Shown: in pieces, positions 34,090 to 53,954 of the stretch
Layout: every line of letters starts with the position of its first letter
How positions within the stretch are numbered: position 1 is the stretch's first letter
Assembly (NCBI RefSeq): GCF_009914755.1
Contig: NC_060944.1
Strand: one strand, 5' to 3'
DNA: 64,000 nucleotides
DNA from: the human T2T-CHM13v2.0 reference genome, Homo sapiens
The notes under the pieces: generated by a model
What the model saw: only the letters and a program-made list of their open reading frames with translations
Told to the model about the DNA's origin: nothing
The model's database searches: none
Translations under genes and position numbers: made by a program

Positions 34090-34102
34090 TCAACAGATAC
34101 GT

Positions 34103-35005
34103 GGAGGAGCCAAGATGGCCGAATAGGAACAGCTCCGGTCTACAGCTCCCAGCGTGAGCGACACAGAAGACGGGTGATTTCTGCATTTCCATCTGAGGTA
34201 CCGGGTTCATCTCACTAGGGAGTGCCAGACAGTGGGTGCGGGTCAGTGGGTGTGCGCACCATGCGTGAGCCGAAGCAGGGCGAGGCATTGCCTCACTTGG
34301 GAAGCGCAAGGGGTCAGGGAGTTCCCTTTCTGAGTCAAAGAAAGGGGTGACGGACTCACCTGGAAAATCGGGTCACTCCCACCCGAATATTGCGCTTTTC
34401 GGACGGGCTTAAAAAACGGCGCACCACGAGATTATATCCGGCACCTGGCTCGGAGGGTCCTACGCCCACGGAGTCTCGCTGATTGCTAGCACAGCAGTCT
34501 GAGATCAAACTGCAAGGCGGCAGTGAGGCTGGCGGAGGGGCGCCCGCCATTGCCCAGGCTTGCTTAGGTAAACAAAGCAGCCGGGAAGCTCCAACTGGGC
34601 CCAGCCCACCACAGCTCAAGGAGTCCTGCCTGCCTCTGTAGGCTCCACCTCTGGGGGCAGGGCACAGACAAACAAAAAGACAGCAGTAACCTCTGCAGAC
34701 TTAAATGTCCCTGTCTGACAGCTTTGAAGAGAGCAGTGGTTCTCCCAGCACGCAGCTGGAGATCTGAGAACGGGCAGACTGCCTCCTCAAGTGGGTCCCT
34801 GACCCCTGACCCCCGAGCAGCCTAACTGGGAGGCACCCCCCAGCAGGGGCACACTGACACCTCACACGGCAGGGTATTCCAACAGACCTGCAGCTGAGGG
34901 TCCTGTCTGTTAGAAGGAAAACTAACAAACAGAATGGACATCCACACCAAAAACCCATCTGTACATCACCATCATCAAAGACCAAAAGTAGATAAAACCA
35001 CAAAG
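34103..35005 (+). promoter_or_regulatory. L1 5'UTR sense/antisense promoter; YY1 site 34112-34120
   Basis: L1 5'UTR sequence, CpG-rich. Confidence 0.85.
34356..34550 (-). CDS. L1 ORF0, 64 aa (TGA falls inside the splice donor)
   Basis: MAGAPPPASL...VTRFSR*. Confidence 0.75.
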   Translation of the reverse strand: MAGAPPPASLPPCSLISDCCASNQRDSVGVGPSEPGAGYNLVVRRFLSPSEKRNIRVGVTRFSR

Positions 35006-36058
35006 ATGGGGAAAAAACAGAACAGAAAAACTGGAAACTCTAAAACGCAGAGCGCCTCTCCTCCTCCAAAGGAACGCAGTTCCTCACCAGCAACGGAACA
35101 AAGCTGGATGGAGAATGACTTTGATCAGCTGAGAGAAGAAGGCTTCAGACGATCAAATTACTCTGAGCTACGGGAGGACATTCAAACCAAAGGCAAAGAA
35201 GTTGAAAACTTTGAAAAAAATTTAGAAGAATGTATAACTAGAATAACCAATACAGAGAAGTGCTTAAAGGAGCTGATGGAGCTGAAAACCAAGGCTCGAG
35301 AACTACATGAAGAATGCAGAAGCCTCAGGAGCCGATGCAATCAACTGGAAGAAAGGGTATCAGCGATGGAAGATGAAATAAATGAAATGAAGCGAGAAGG
35401 GAAGTTTAGAGAAAAAAGAATAAAAAGAAATGAGCAAAGCCTCCAAGAAATATGGGACTATGTGAAAAGACCAAATCTACGTCTGATTGGTATACCTGAA
35501 AGTGATGGGGAGAATGGAACCAAGTTGGAAAACACTCTGCAGGATATTATCCAGGAGAACTTCCCCAATCTAGCAAGGCAGGCCAACGTTCAGATTCAGG
35601 AAATACAGAGAATGCCACAGAGATACTCCTCGAGAAGAGCAACTCCAAGACACATAATTGTCAGATTCACCAGAGTTGAAATGAAGGAAAAAATGTTAAG
35701 GGCAGCCAGAGAGAAAGGTTGGGTTACCCTCAAAGGGAAACCCATCAGACTAACAGCGGATCTCTCAGCAGAAACCCTACAAGCCAGAAGAGAGTGGGGG
35801 CCAATATTCAACATTCTTAAAGAAAAGAATTTTCAACCCAGAATTTCATATCCAGCCAAACTAAGCTTCATAAGTGAAGGAGAAATAAAATACTTTACAG
35901 ACAAGCAAATGCTGAGAGATTTTGTCACCACCAGGCCTGCCCTAAAAGAGCTCCTGAAGGAAGCGCTAAACATGGAAAGGAACAACCGGTACCAGCCGCT
36001 GCAAAATCATGCCAAAATATACAGACCATCGAGACTAGGAAGAAACTGCATCAACTAA
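35006..36058 (+). CDS. L1 ORF1p with stop loss, 350 aa (C-terminal extension YRPSRLGRNCIN)
   Basis: ATG TAA of copy A reads ATA TAC here; next TAA at 36056-36058. Confidence 0.9.
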   Translation: MGKKQNRKTGNSKTQSASPPPKERSSSPATEQSWMENDFDQLREEGFRRSNYSELREDIQTKGKEVENFEKNLEECITRITNTEKCLKELMELKTKARELHEECRSLRSRCNQLEERVSAMEDEINEMKREGKFREKRIKRNEQSLQEIWDYVKRPNLRLIGIPESDGENGTKLENTLQDIIQENFPNLARQANVQIQEIQRMPQRYSSRRATPRHIIVRFTRVEMKEKMLRAAREKGWVTLKGKPIRLTADLSAETLQARREWGPIFNILKEKNFQPRISYPAKLSFISEGEIKYFTDKQMLRDFVTTRPALKELLKEALNMERNNRYQPLQNHAKIYRPSRLGRNCIN

Positions 36059-39909
<3,851 letters not shown>

Positions 39910-41037
39910 ACAATGAGATCACATGGACACAGGAAGGGGAATATCACACTCTGGGGACTGTGGTGGGGTGGGGGGAGCGGGGAGGGATAGCATTGGGAGA
40001 TATACCTAATGCTAGATGACGAGTTAGTGGGTGCAGCGCACCAGCATGGCACATGTATACATATGTAACTAACCTGCACGACGTGCACATGTACCCTAAA
40101 ACTTAAAGTATAATAAAAAAAAAAACAGATACATAAATGAGTCTTAGCTAATACCTTCATATGTGCTGTGTAGTGACGCTTGCCTAGTAAGACATCATGC
40201 TGAGAAATGGACTGATTCTCACAGCAGCCCGCAGGGTACTAGTCACCCCCCATTTCACAGATGAGAAGATTCGCATTGCTCAGTATCACACACCACTTGA
40301 CATGTAGACCTGAAATTCAGACTTAACGTTTGTGGTGTGGGAAAGTCCACACTCTTGTGAGCCCCTAGCATGAGTCTTGGGAAATGGTGGGCCCTTTAAA
40401 AATGATAGTTTCTTCACTATGTGCAAACTTTAGGGACCTAAGGCCCATGCTATTACCAAGAGGTGTTGCAGGACTTCTAAGAAGACCCGGTGAGGCCTGG
40501 AGGCTGCAGGATGAATAATGGAGGACAGGCACTTCCCGGAGAAAGTGAACATGACAAGCAAAGACCTTTGAAATATGAGCTGGTGTCTCACTTCCCCCTC
40601 TAGGTCTTCCAGCCCCTCCTTGGTCTGCTTCCCAGGCTCCAGAACTAAGCTCCTCCTGTCTCGAGGGAAACCGAACGGCTTTGGGAAAACACACGATGTT
40701 CTCAGAAGTAAGGGCAAGCTTCCTGCGCCCCCAGCCTGTCCTGCCTGCGCTCATCCTGGATTGATTACTTTTATCGTCCCCCTGTGGCCCCAGATATGCT
40801 CCAAAGGACTCAGCAGGCCTGAGACTCTGTCTGGTCTGGCTCCTGCCATTCCAGCACATTCTACACTCCAGCCAAACTGGAGTCCTCTGGATCCCAGCAC
40901 CTGCCACCGTACCTTTGCATGTGCTGGGACCCTGGTCTTCCCACTGTCCCTCACCCTTCAGCTTCCCCTAAGGACTGCCTCTGACTCTCGGCTTAGAAAA
41001 AGTCCCCTGCCCTCCAGTCCCACCCTGGACCTCCCTC

Positions 41038-41145
41038 TTGCAAAGGTCCTGGCAGTTGCAGTCACATGAGCTGTTGCAAAGATCCTGGCAGTTGCAGTCA
41101 CATGAGCTGTTGCAAAGGTCCTGGCAGTTGCGGTCATGTGAGCTG
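41038..41145. repeat. 36-bp tandem repeat, 3 copies
   Basis: ttgcaaaggtcctggcagttgcagtcacatgagctg x3. Confidence 0.95.
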
Positions 41146-41332
41146 TCTGCTTGTCTCCCACATGCACTAGGGGCAGGGCTCCAGCAGCCTTCCCCCTCAT
41201 GCCCCAGCCTGCGTCCCCAGCACCACACCCTGTGGCTAAGACACAGTGGGAGCGCAAAGAAGTCACGTTGGCGTGGTGCACATGACAAAGGCCGGGTGAT
41301 AGTCTCGCTCCAAGCAGCCTCAGGTATGCTCC

Positions 41333-42579
<1,247 letters not shown>

Positions 42580-42951
42580 TCAGCCACAAGACAGTGCCTC
42601 CTTCTACTCTTTTGCTCTCCCATTCATACTCAATATGTGGGTATTAGACTGGGAAAGAAGATCACGTGTGTTAATGTACGATCAGTAACATACCTTATAT
42701 AATACACATTAATATATTATTGAGCACTGACTCTGCATTAGGTTCTTGGCACAAATAATCTGTTTTAATTCTTTTACAATTTCCTTAAAACACACATGCT
42801 CAACAAGGTGATATCCCCCCCAAATGGGCAAAAATTAATTATTGGGGAATGAAAAGCCTTAGCGATTGCCATGGTCTGTGGCCTTCCAAAGGGCCACAGA
42901 ACATAAACAATATAGTAAGTATCTCTGATATTAAAATGTCATTGGTCATGG

Positions 42952-43095
42952 GGTCAGGCACGGCAGCTCAAGCCTGTAATCCCAACACTTTGGGAGGCTG
43001 AAGGGGGAGGATCACTTGAGGCCAAGAGTTCAAGATCAGCCTGGGCAACAAAGGGAGACCCCTATGTCTAAAAAAAAAAAAAAAAGAAAGAAAGA
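42952..43095 (+). mobile_element. FLAM / Alu left monomer
   Basis: Single monomer plus A-tail. Confidence 0.8.
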
Positions 43096-43228
43096 AACAA
43101 TTAAAAGGCATAGAATGTAGGTCTGTTTTAAAAAAAAAAAATTCATGGGGAGGGGACAAGTAGGAACAAAATGTCTTAAAACACTCCTCAAGGGAGCAAT
43201 TAAAAATAAAAAGGCAATTTTAAAAAAA

Positions 43229-43520
43229 GGCTCACACCTATAATCCCAGCAATTTGGGAGGCCAAGGTGGGAGGGTTGCTTAAGCCCAGGAGTTCGAGAC
43301 CAGCCTGGGCAACGTAGGTAGACCCCCCCCAATCTCTACAAAAAAAAAAAAAAAATCTGTTAAATTAGTCGAACCCGGTGGCATGTGCCTGTGGTGGGAA
43401 GCTACTACTTGGGAGGCTGAGATGGGAGGATCACTTGAGCTCAGGAGGTCAAGGCTTCAGTGAGCCATGATCACACCACTGCTCTCCAGCCTGGGCAACA
43501 GAGTGAGACCCTGTCTTGAA
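43229..43520 (+). mobile_element. AluJ
   Basis: ggaggtcaaggcttcagtgagccatgatc. Confidence 0.88.
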
Positions 43521-44434
43521 AAATATGAATAATTTTTAAAATAAAAGGTTGAGTAACACCATCCTAAAATGTAGGTGTTCTCATGAATTCCGTGGTACAG
43601 GCTCAGAGAGGCAAGCTAATTTCCCCAAAGTCACACAGCAAGTAATGTGAATTCTTGTGTAGAGAAAGAATTCAAACCCACATCTATCTAAAGCCAAAAG
43701 CCACACCCTAAATGACGTCTGAATCATCTGCAGACATTAAGTCAGCAACAGTAGTAAGAATGTCCTCCAGATCTCGCCCTCAAACCAGCAGGAACGGTGG
43801 CTTCTGATAGCTTGGTAGAAATGCAAACTCAGGCCCTGCCCCAGACCTACTGAATGTGAATCCGCAAGGCGCCCTCATGACTGTGCACAGGCCTTTGCTA
43901 AGGGAGCTGGGATTCCCACGGCCACAGCTGAGCAACCCTCATCTTCCCTGAACAGCAGAGACAAAGACGCCTACGACTGTTCCCACATCCGAGGTCCCCA
44001 GCCCCAATCAGAAACTCCCTTGTCAGACTAATTATACTTATGGGTGTTCCGTGACTTGCTGTATTCCCAGAAAAAGAAAGAAAAATGAAGTTCTCTTTCA
44101 GGTTTTCAGGGTAGATAATGTCAAATATTTACAGAGCAAACATCATTCTAGAGGCGCGCCATTCTCTTTCTGCTGATTAGAGCACTGCCAATCACGCCTT
44201 GATGAGAGGGCCTGTCAGCCTTCTCAACAGCAACCCCGTCATCTCGACTGAACTGGGCATGCCTGCTGTGCTGGGGAATGCAGGGAGAGGTTCTGAAGGC
44301 AGGCCTTTGGAAGGAGGGGGCTCCAGGGTTGCCAAAGACTCACCTCTGTGGAGTAGGACGGGCTTGAAGCTGGCTGTTCAATGAAGATGCTGGAGGAAGA
44401 CAGAAGAGAGGCCTTTGGTGGCCTCTCTCGTAAA

Positions 44435-45510
44435 CCAGAGCTTCTCAGACTCGAGCTAGCATCAGAACCACCTGCAGGGCATGATACAGTGACTGGCCCT
44501 GCTCCCAGGATGCAATAGGTTTAGAATGGGGCCTGATGATTTGCCGGTCTGCAAAGCTCCCAGGTGATGCCACTGCTCTGAGCACCACACTTTGAGAACC
44601 AGGTCCGAACCTTTGCTAGTCCAGGTGTGAGCCTCTGAGCAGTACATTCAGTGTTACCCAGGAGCTTGTTAGAATGCAGAATCTTGAGAGGTGATTAATG
44701 AGTACAAATATAAAGTTAGAACAAATAATCTTCTCGTGTTCAATAGATCAGTAGGGCGACTATAGTTAGCAATAATCTATTGTACATTTCCATCTAGCTA
44801 GAAGAGAATAATTTAAATATTCATAGCATAAAGAAAGAACTTTTTTTTTGAGATAGGGTTTACTCTGTCACCCAGGGTGGAGTGCAGTAATGCAATCATA
44901 GCTCACTGCAGCCTCAATCCCCTAGGTTCAAGCGATCCCTCCACCTCAGCCTCCTGAATAGCTGAAATGACAAGTGTGTACTACCACACATGGCTAATTT
45001 TTTAAATACAGACTGGGTCTCACTATGTGGCCTAGGCTGGTCTCAAGCAATCTTCCCTCACAAAGGGAAGCCTCAACCTCCCAAAGTACTGGGGTTATAG
45101 GCGTGAGCCACTGTGACCAGCCAAGAAAAGATAAATATTTAAGGTGATAGATATCCCAATTATACTAATTTGATCTTTACATATTATATAAATGTTAGCA
45201 GAATATCACAGGTACCCTGAAAATATTTACATTTATTTTATATCAATAAAATCTTTTAATTAAAAAAAAAGAAATGCAGAATCTTGGAACCTACTCTAGC
45301 TACTGAACAGAATCTGCATTTTAACAAGATCTATGAGTAATAACTGTGCACATTAAACTTTGAGAAGGCCTGGTCTGTCCATAATTACACATCAGAATCA
45401 GCTGGAGCAGCTGTTAAATGCAGATTCCTGGGCCCCACCCTGGATTTAAATAATCAGAATATTTGAGGAGCAGGACCAGGGAAATAGTATGTTTAAGGAA
45501 GTGCGCAGGT
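44435..45510. mobile_element. MER5 cluster interrupted by an L1MA-like 3' fragment (~44690-45265) that itself holds an Alu
   Basis: MER5 motifs (agaatgcagaatctt / gaatctgcattttaacaag); L1MA-type tatagttagcaataatctattgtacattt. Confidence 0.6.
44841..45122 (-). mobile_element. AluJ
   Basis: atcatagctcactgcagcctcaa. Confidence 0.85.
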
Positions 45511-45685
45511 GAAGGCTCATAAAGTCAGTGGTATTGGTCTAAAGAGTGGTCTCTAAACTACCAAGGTGATGTGCACACACCTGTAACCCCCAATGGATCT
45601 TTATTTAGCGATGCAAAAATAATATATACATCTTATTATACGAATTTATTGTGCATATTATAAAACATATTCAAAAACACAATGC

Positions 45686-45820
45686 AGCCAGGTGCATTGG
45701 CTCACGCCTGTAATCCCAACACCTTGCGAGGCCAAGGCAGGCAGATCACACGAGGCCAGGAGTTCAAGACCAGCCTGGCCAACATGGTGAAACCCCTTCT
45801 CTTCTAAAAATACAAAAATG
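45686..45820 (+). mobile_element. Alu left arm only
   Basis: Ends at A-rich linker. Confidence 0.85.
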
Positions 45821-46625
45821 TGCCTAGGTAAGAAAAGGAATGAATTGTAAGCCTTGAATCCTAGCGTTGTAAAGCAAATGTCCACCTGCTCCAAACAGAT
45901 GGATAAATGGATGGATTTAAATCTCTATGTGACGTGCCCGCCAGTCCTAATCCCATTCCTCTTCACAAGAACTTTTAATATTAAGGTCACGATAGCATCA
46001 AGCTTCTATTTAAATTACATTTCTTGGTTTTTGTCTACTTAAAGCAGAGTAAAAGCAGTAGGGGTGTGTGTATGTGTGTGTGTGTGTGTCCTGGTTATCT
46101 CACATTTATTTGCTTTCTTAGGTATTCTGACATTAACCCAGGCCTGCTAGGGGACATTAGTAAATATTTGGTCGTAAAGTATCTTCAAAGAACAATTTTC
46201 TGAGTTAACCACACCCGATAAAATCCTCTCGCATCACTGAAAGGCTTGTCTGGCTGTCAGGCAGTGAGATCGTTTTATTGAAAAGACTCATGATGTAGTG
46301 AACAAAAGCTTAGGAAATAAACTCTAATCCCCAAAGGAACACTCAATACAACTCTACTCACACTAAAATATTCAATTTATGGCCTATATTGAATCCTATG
46401 TCTATAATTTACTGCCCTAACTACAAAGGAGTTTTTTTAATACAAACCAATTTCAATATATTTTACTATTTTCCTTGCCTCTGTTAAAGCAGAAATAACA
46501 AATTTTGCTGAAAGCTTAGGAGATAAATGCAATAGCAATTTCCAGGGGTGCCTCTTACAATCATCTAGTTTTCATCAGACTTTAACTGAGTGCCTAGGAT
46601 TGTGTCAGGTGCCCCGGGCATTGCT

Positions 46626-47228
<603 letters not shown>

Positions 47229-47472
47229 CCATATTTTTTTAGCTAGCTTCCCAGGTCCTTCTGATATGTACCCAAGCACCATAGCCCTCAGGAAAACAAA
47301 AATATGTTTATTCAGTAAACATATATAGGGTACCTGCCATGTGCCAAGAGTCATTCTAGGTGCTGTGGACACAACAGTAAAAAAACTAGACAACAGAGTC
47401 CTTCTGTTTAAAGGGCTGTCGTTCTAGAGAAAAGAGAGAAAATAAATAAATCAGTAAAATATACGCTATACA

Positions 47473-47950
47473 GCAGGGGTCCCCAAACCCCCGGCCACGG
47501 ACGGGTACTGACCAGGACTGGACTGGACAGCAGGAGGTGAATGGCGAGCGAGTGAGCCAAGCTTCATCTGTGTTTACAGCCGCTCCCCTTCACTCACGTG
47601 ACTGCCTGAGCTCCGTATCCTGTCAGACCATCAGCAGCATTAGGTTCTCCGAGGAGCCTGAGCCCTGTAGTGAACTGCAAGTGTTGAGGGATCTGCATTG
47701 TCCTTATGAGAATCAAATGCCTGACGATCTGTCACTGTCTCCCATCACCCTCAGATGGGACCGTCCAGTTGCAGGAAAACAAGCTCAGGGCTCCCACTGA
47801 TTCTACATTGTGGTGAGTTGTATAATTACTTCATTATATATTACAATGTCATAATCATAAAAGTGCACAATAAATGGAATGTGCTTGAATCATCCTGGAA
47901 CCACCACCTCTCCCCGCCACCCCCGGGTCTGTGAAAAAATTGTCTTCCAC
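47473..47950. mobile_element. MER1A-like (hAT-Charlie) DNA transposon
   Basis: CAGGGGTCCCCAAACCCCCGGCCACGGAC start; gtcactgtctcccatcacc; aaaagtgcacaataaatg. Confidence 0.85.
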
Positions 47951-48060
47951 TCCAACCTGGGTGACAAAGCCATAGGGGAAAAAAAAAAAAAACCTGAAGA
48001 CGTTAAAAAAACAACAACAAAAAACACACACACAAATAAAATGTCTGCTGTGGGGGCCGT

Positions 48061-48180
48061 TTTTTTTTTTTTTTTGACAGGGTCTCACCCTGTCACCCAG
48101 GCTGGGATGCAGTGGTGCAACCTCAGCTCACTGAAACCTCTGACCCCCGGGCTCAAGCGATTCTCCTGCCTCCGCCTCCC
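48061..48180 (-). mobile_element. Alu right-arm fragment
   Basis: T-tail then gacagggtctcacc..., truncated. Confidence 0.8.
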
Positions 48181-48472
48181 AAAAATAGGTGGGAAACAAT
48201 AAAAAAGAAAAGAAAAACAAAAAAGAGAGAGAGAAAAATAGGTGGGAAACAAAGAGGAGAAACGCAAAATTCTACATTCAGAATGATCTAGAGTATGTAA
48301 AAAGTATGTTCATTTCAAAAGAGCAAAAATAAAAACAAAACAAAACAAAAAACTGGAAGTAAGACAATGACAATGATCCTGGCCTTGGAATGCTGGGACC
48401 CTGAGAAATAATAAGACCACTTCTCTCTACATTCAGACTTTTTTCCAAAAATAAAATATATGTATAAAATAT

Positions 48473-48834
<362 letters not shown>

Positions 48835-49361
48835 TTAGGCTCCAGAAACAACTAAATAGAAAAATATACATTATCTTCCTTCATAAGAAAATTTACAGAT
48901 GATATTTCTGTGAACATGAGATTAAATCCTATGGCCTATTATTATGACATTTTAAAATTTATGTTCTGCCTCATTTCACAAAAGACTTAAAGCAGAAATT
49001 TGGACATATTTTATGGAAATAACTATTTAGCTGAGACTACGCCCCATTGCTGTAATATTCAAGATGAGTTTTTTTTTTAAATTATATATTCAGAGGAAGA
49101 AGTCCCAGGCATTCTAAAGAAGAGACATTATTAGATCAGAGGACGGCAAATGTTTTCTGTAAAAGGCCAGAGAGTCCGTGTTTTCGGCTTTGCAGGTTAT
49201 ACGGTCCATTCCACCATTAACTCACTCTGCCCTTGCACCAGGAAAGCAGCCACAGACCACATGCAAACCAACAAGAGTGGCTGTGTTAGCAGAAAACTGT
49301 ATTTATGGACACTGAATTTTGAATCTTAGGTAATTTTCATGTCATGAACTATTACTCTTAA

Positions 49362-49655
49362 TTTTTTTTTTTGCGACAGTCTTGCTCTGTTGCCCAAGAT
49401 GAAGTGAAGTGGCATAATCTCAGCTCACTGCTACAGCCTCCACCTCCCAGTTTCAAGCGATTCTCCTGCCTCAGCCTCCCAAGTAGCTGTGACTACAGGT
49501 GCCCACCACCACACTCAGCTAATTTTTGTATTTTTTGTAGAGATGGGGTTTCACCATGTTGGCCAGGCTGGTCTCGAACTCCTGAACTCAAGCAATTGGC
49601 CTGCCTTGGCCTCCCAAAGTGCTGGGATTACAGGTGTGCACCACCGTGCCCAGCC
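49362..49655 (-). mobile_element. AluS
   Basis: Reverse Alu. Confidence 0.88.
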
Positions 49656-50344
49656 CCCTACAGACATTTTAAGTAGAGCAATGCCTACTGACCCCTTTAA
49701 AATATGTCTGCAGGTTGGTTTGTAAAACTCTTCTCTGTTTGTCCTTAAAAAATGGCCAATAAAGTCCTCAGTACCTTTTAAATGATTGGTCTGAGTGGGT
49801 TTTTGTAGTTTAAGATGAAGGAGAGAGAGGCAGAGTTTCGGGGAAGTAGGGAAGAGGAAGAGGCCTCACACATGGAAACCAGAGCTCTGTAGAAAGAAAT
49901 TGGCCCCAAATTTCTTAATCTCCCAAGGGATTAGCAGAACTATTTGGTAGAGCTTTGGAACGGCATACGACTGGGAAGTGGGGACTTCAAGGCATTTTTT
50001 TAAAAGATATCAAAGGGGCAGAGAGCTCTCTGGCTGTCATCCACTCTGTAATTATAATATTGAAAACACTTTCCAAACTATCTCCACCACCACGCCCAAC
50101 AGAAATAAAGAAAATCCACCTGGCCTATGACCCTAAATTAGAATCCTTCTTCATCAGGGCTTCTGAATGACAAAACTTGGATGTGATGGGTGGGAAGTAG
50201 AGAAGAAAAGTGAGAATGATAAATGACTCCAAGAAAATAGAGAAGCTAGTGGAATATGAGATGGGTGAATTCAAGTTTTAGAAAAGATTAAGACCACTAA
50301 ATATGTAGACGCAGAGCAATTCTGAAGGAGGTTTATTGATTTTC

Positions 50345-50631
50345 TTTTTTTGAGACAGGGTCTCACTCTGTTGCCCAGACTGGAATCCAGTGGTGCAATC
50401 ACCGTTCACTGCAACCTTCAACTCCCAGGCTCAAGTGATCCTCCCACCTCAGCCTCTTGAGTAGCTGGGACTACAGGTTTACACACCAGCCTGGCTAATT
50501 TTTTTATTTTCTGTAGAGACGGGGTTTGGCCATGTTACCCAGGCTGGTATCAAACTCCTGGGCTCAAGTGATCTACCCATCTTGGCCTCTCAAGATGCTG
50601 GCGTTATAGGTGTGAGCCTCCGCTCCTGGCC
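50345..50631 (-). mobile_element. AluJ
   Basis: ctcccaggctcaagtgatcctcccacc. Confidence 0.88.
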
Positions 50632-51077
50632 TTACACATGATTTTATGAGTATTTTTTAATGAAATGCTTCAGATTTATAAAACATATTAGAGAGTAATA
50701 AAGCAAACACCTCTGTTTCTACCAACCACTTAAAAAAATTTTTTTTGTCTTTATGTAGTCAACAAACCTTGTAGACTGATTTGAGTCTTTAAGCCATAAG
50801 CATGCATGGTTGTGATAAGCATAAAAAATGAAACGAGTTATTTAGAAATAAAAACTAATATTTAACAGAGCAGTAGAAGAAATTTTAACAATAAAATTAC
50901 AGCATCCATATCTTCTGTAGTCAAAACGGACTGTTTCAAGCAGTAGTTTTTCTTCAATGAATAAGTAATTATATCCAGTTTTTTAAAAATAGATCCCTAT
51001 GAACCTCTCTCTTCCCTCTCCTTCCCCTCTAAGATAACCACTATCCTGAATTTGATGTTTCTCATTCCTACATATAT

Positions 51078-51379
<302 letters not shown>

Positions 51380-51944
51380 TCTTTTTTTTTTAATTTATTT
51401 TATTTTATTTATTTTTTTAAATTATAAAACATTTTACAGTGCTTTTTAAATAAGTCTTTGAAACCTAGCATGTATTTTACATTTACAGCACATCTCGGCT
51501 GGGATTTGCTGTGTTTCAAATGCTTATAGCCATGTGTGGCTAGTGACTGCCACTGGGATGGCACCACCGTCTAGACCTTGTTTCTTAAAGCATGGTTCTT
51601 GAAACAATAGCATCCAATTACCTAGCACCTTGTTTGAAATCCGGAATCTCAGGCCCCACCCTAGTGCCGCTGAATCTGAACCTGCCTTCTAATGAGATCC
51701 CAGGTGATTTGTGTGTACAACAAAGTCTGAAAAGTGGCTATGGAATCTCTTAGAGACCTAAAGATCTAGGACTCTGTGAACAGGTTTCTTGTTCACCCAT
51801 TCATTCACCAGATATGAGCCCTGTTAATCCCTGACTCTGTGCCAAGCAGCGTCGGGTGCTGAGGATAAACCGGAGAATGACTCATACATGGCACATGCCT
51901 TCAAGGAGGTTACCATCTGTTGAAAGTCATGGAAAATGAAAATC

Positions 51945-52235
<291 letters not shown>

Positions 52236-52236
<1 letters not shown>

Positions 52237-52377
52237 GAAAGAAAGAAAGGAAGAAAAGAAAGAAAGGAAAGAAAGGAAGGAAGGAAGGAAGGAGAGAAGG
52301 AGGGAAGGAGGGAAGGAGGGAAGGAAGGAAGGAAGGAAGGAAGGAAGGAAGGAAGGAAAAAGAAAAGGAAAAGAAGA
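52236..52377. repeat. (GAAA)/(GGAA)n microsatellite derived from Alu tail
   Basis: Directly visible. Confidence 0.93.
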
Positions 52378-52561
52378 ATCCAAACAGAGAATCAAGCAAA
52401 AATGAAAATTATTGTATTATGATTAAGAACATGGGATCTGGAGTTAACCAGCTATTCTTGGACAAGTTTCTTCACATCTCCGTTCCTCAGTTTCTTCATC
52501 TCTATGTGTGGGATCATCTTTGACGCTGGGCACTGTTGAGTATCTACCTGGCAACCATCAT

Positions 52562-52863
52562 TCTTTTCCTTTGTTTGTTTGTTTGACTCGGAGTCAAATC
52601 ACCCAGGCTGGAGGGCAGTGGTGTGATCTCAGGTCACTGCAACCTCTGCTTCCTGGGTCCAAGCGATGCTTGTGCCTCAGCCCCCACCAGGTAGCTAGGA
52701 TTACAGGCGGATACCACCACGCCCAGGTAAATTTTGTATTTTTAGTAGAGATGGGGTTTCACCATGTTAGCCAGGCTGGTCTCCAACTCCTGGCCTCAAG
52801 TGATCCTCCAACCTCGGCCTCCCAAAGAGCTGGGATTACAGGGGAGAGTCACCGCGCCTGGCC
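52562..52863 (-). mobile_element. AluS
   Basis: Reverse Alu. Confidence 0.85.
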
Positions 52864-53096
52864 TCTTTCCTTCTTAATAGCAGACTCTGACTTTGTTCTG
52901 GTTCATTCCTCCCCTGTGTGCCCCAGGCAACCCAGAAAGAGCTGAGACTAATCCCAGCTCTTCCTCATGTGGCATTTTCCTGGCCATTGTTCTGAATGGG
53001 TCACATGCTTATCCCCGAACCAGTGACTGGCGAGAGGAATATGACGTTCTGATTACCAATCCCTGCATCCCAGGTCCACCCCTGGACTCAGGGTTA

Positions 53097-53538
<442 letters not shown>

Positions 53539-53637
53539 GGAAGCTTTCTTGAGAACATACAATGTGCCAGGCACTACACATGACATCCACTGTTACCAGT
53601 GAGCCCATGTCATGCAACGTAAATCATTTTATCGTCA

Positions 53638-53952
<315 letters not shown>

Positions 53953-53954
53953 TT

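Noticed and set aside
41038-41145. CRISPR-like 36-bp repeats
   Set aside because: No spacers, eukaryotic context; simple tandem repeat
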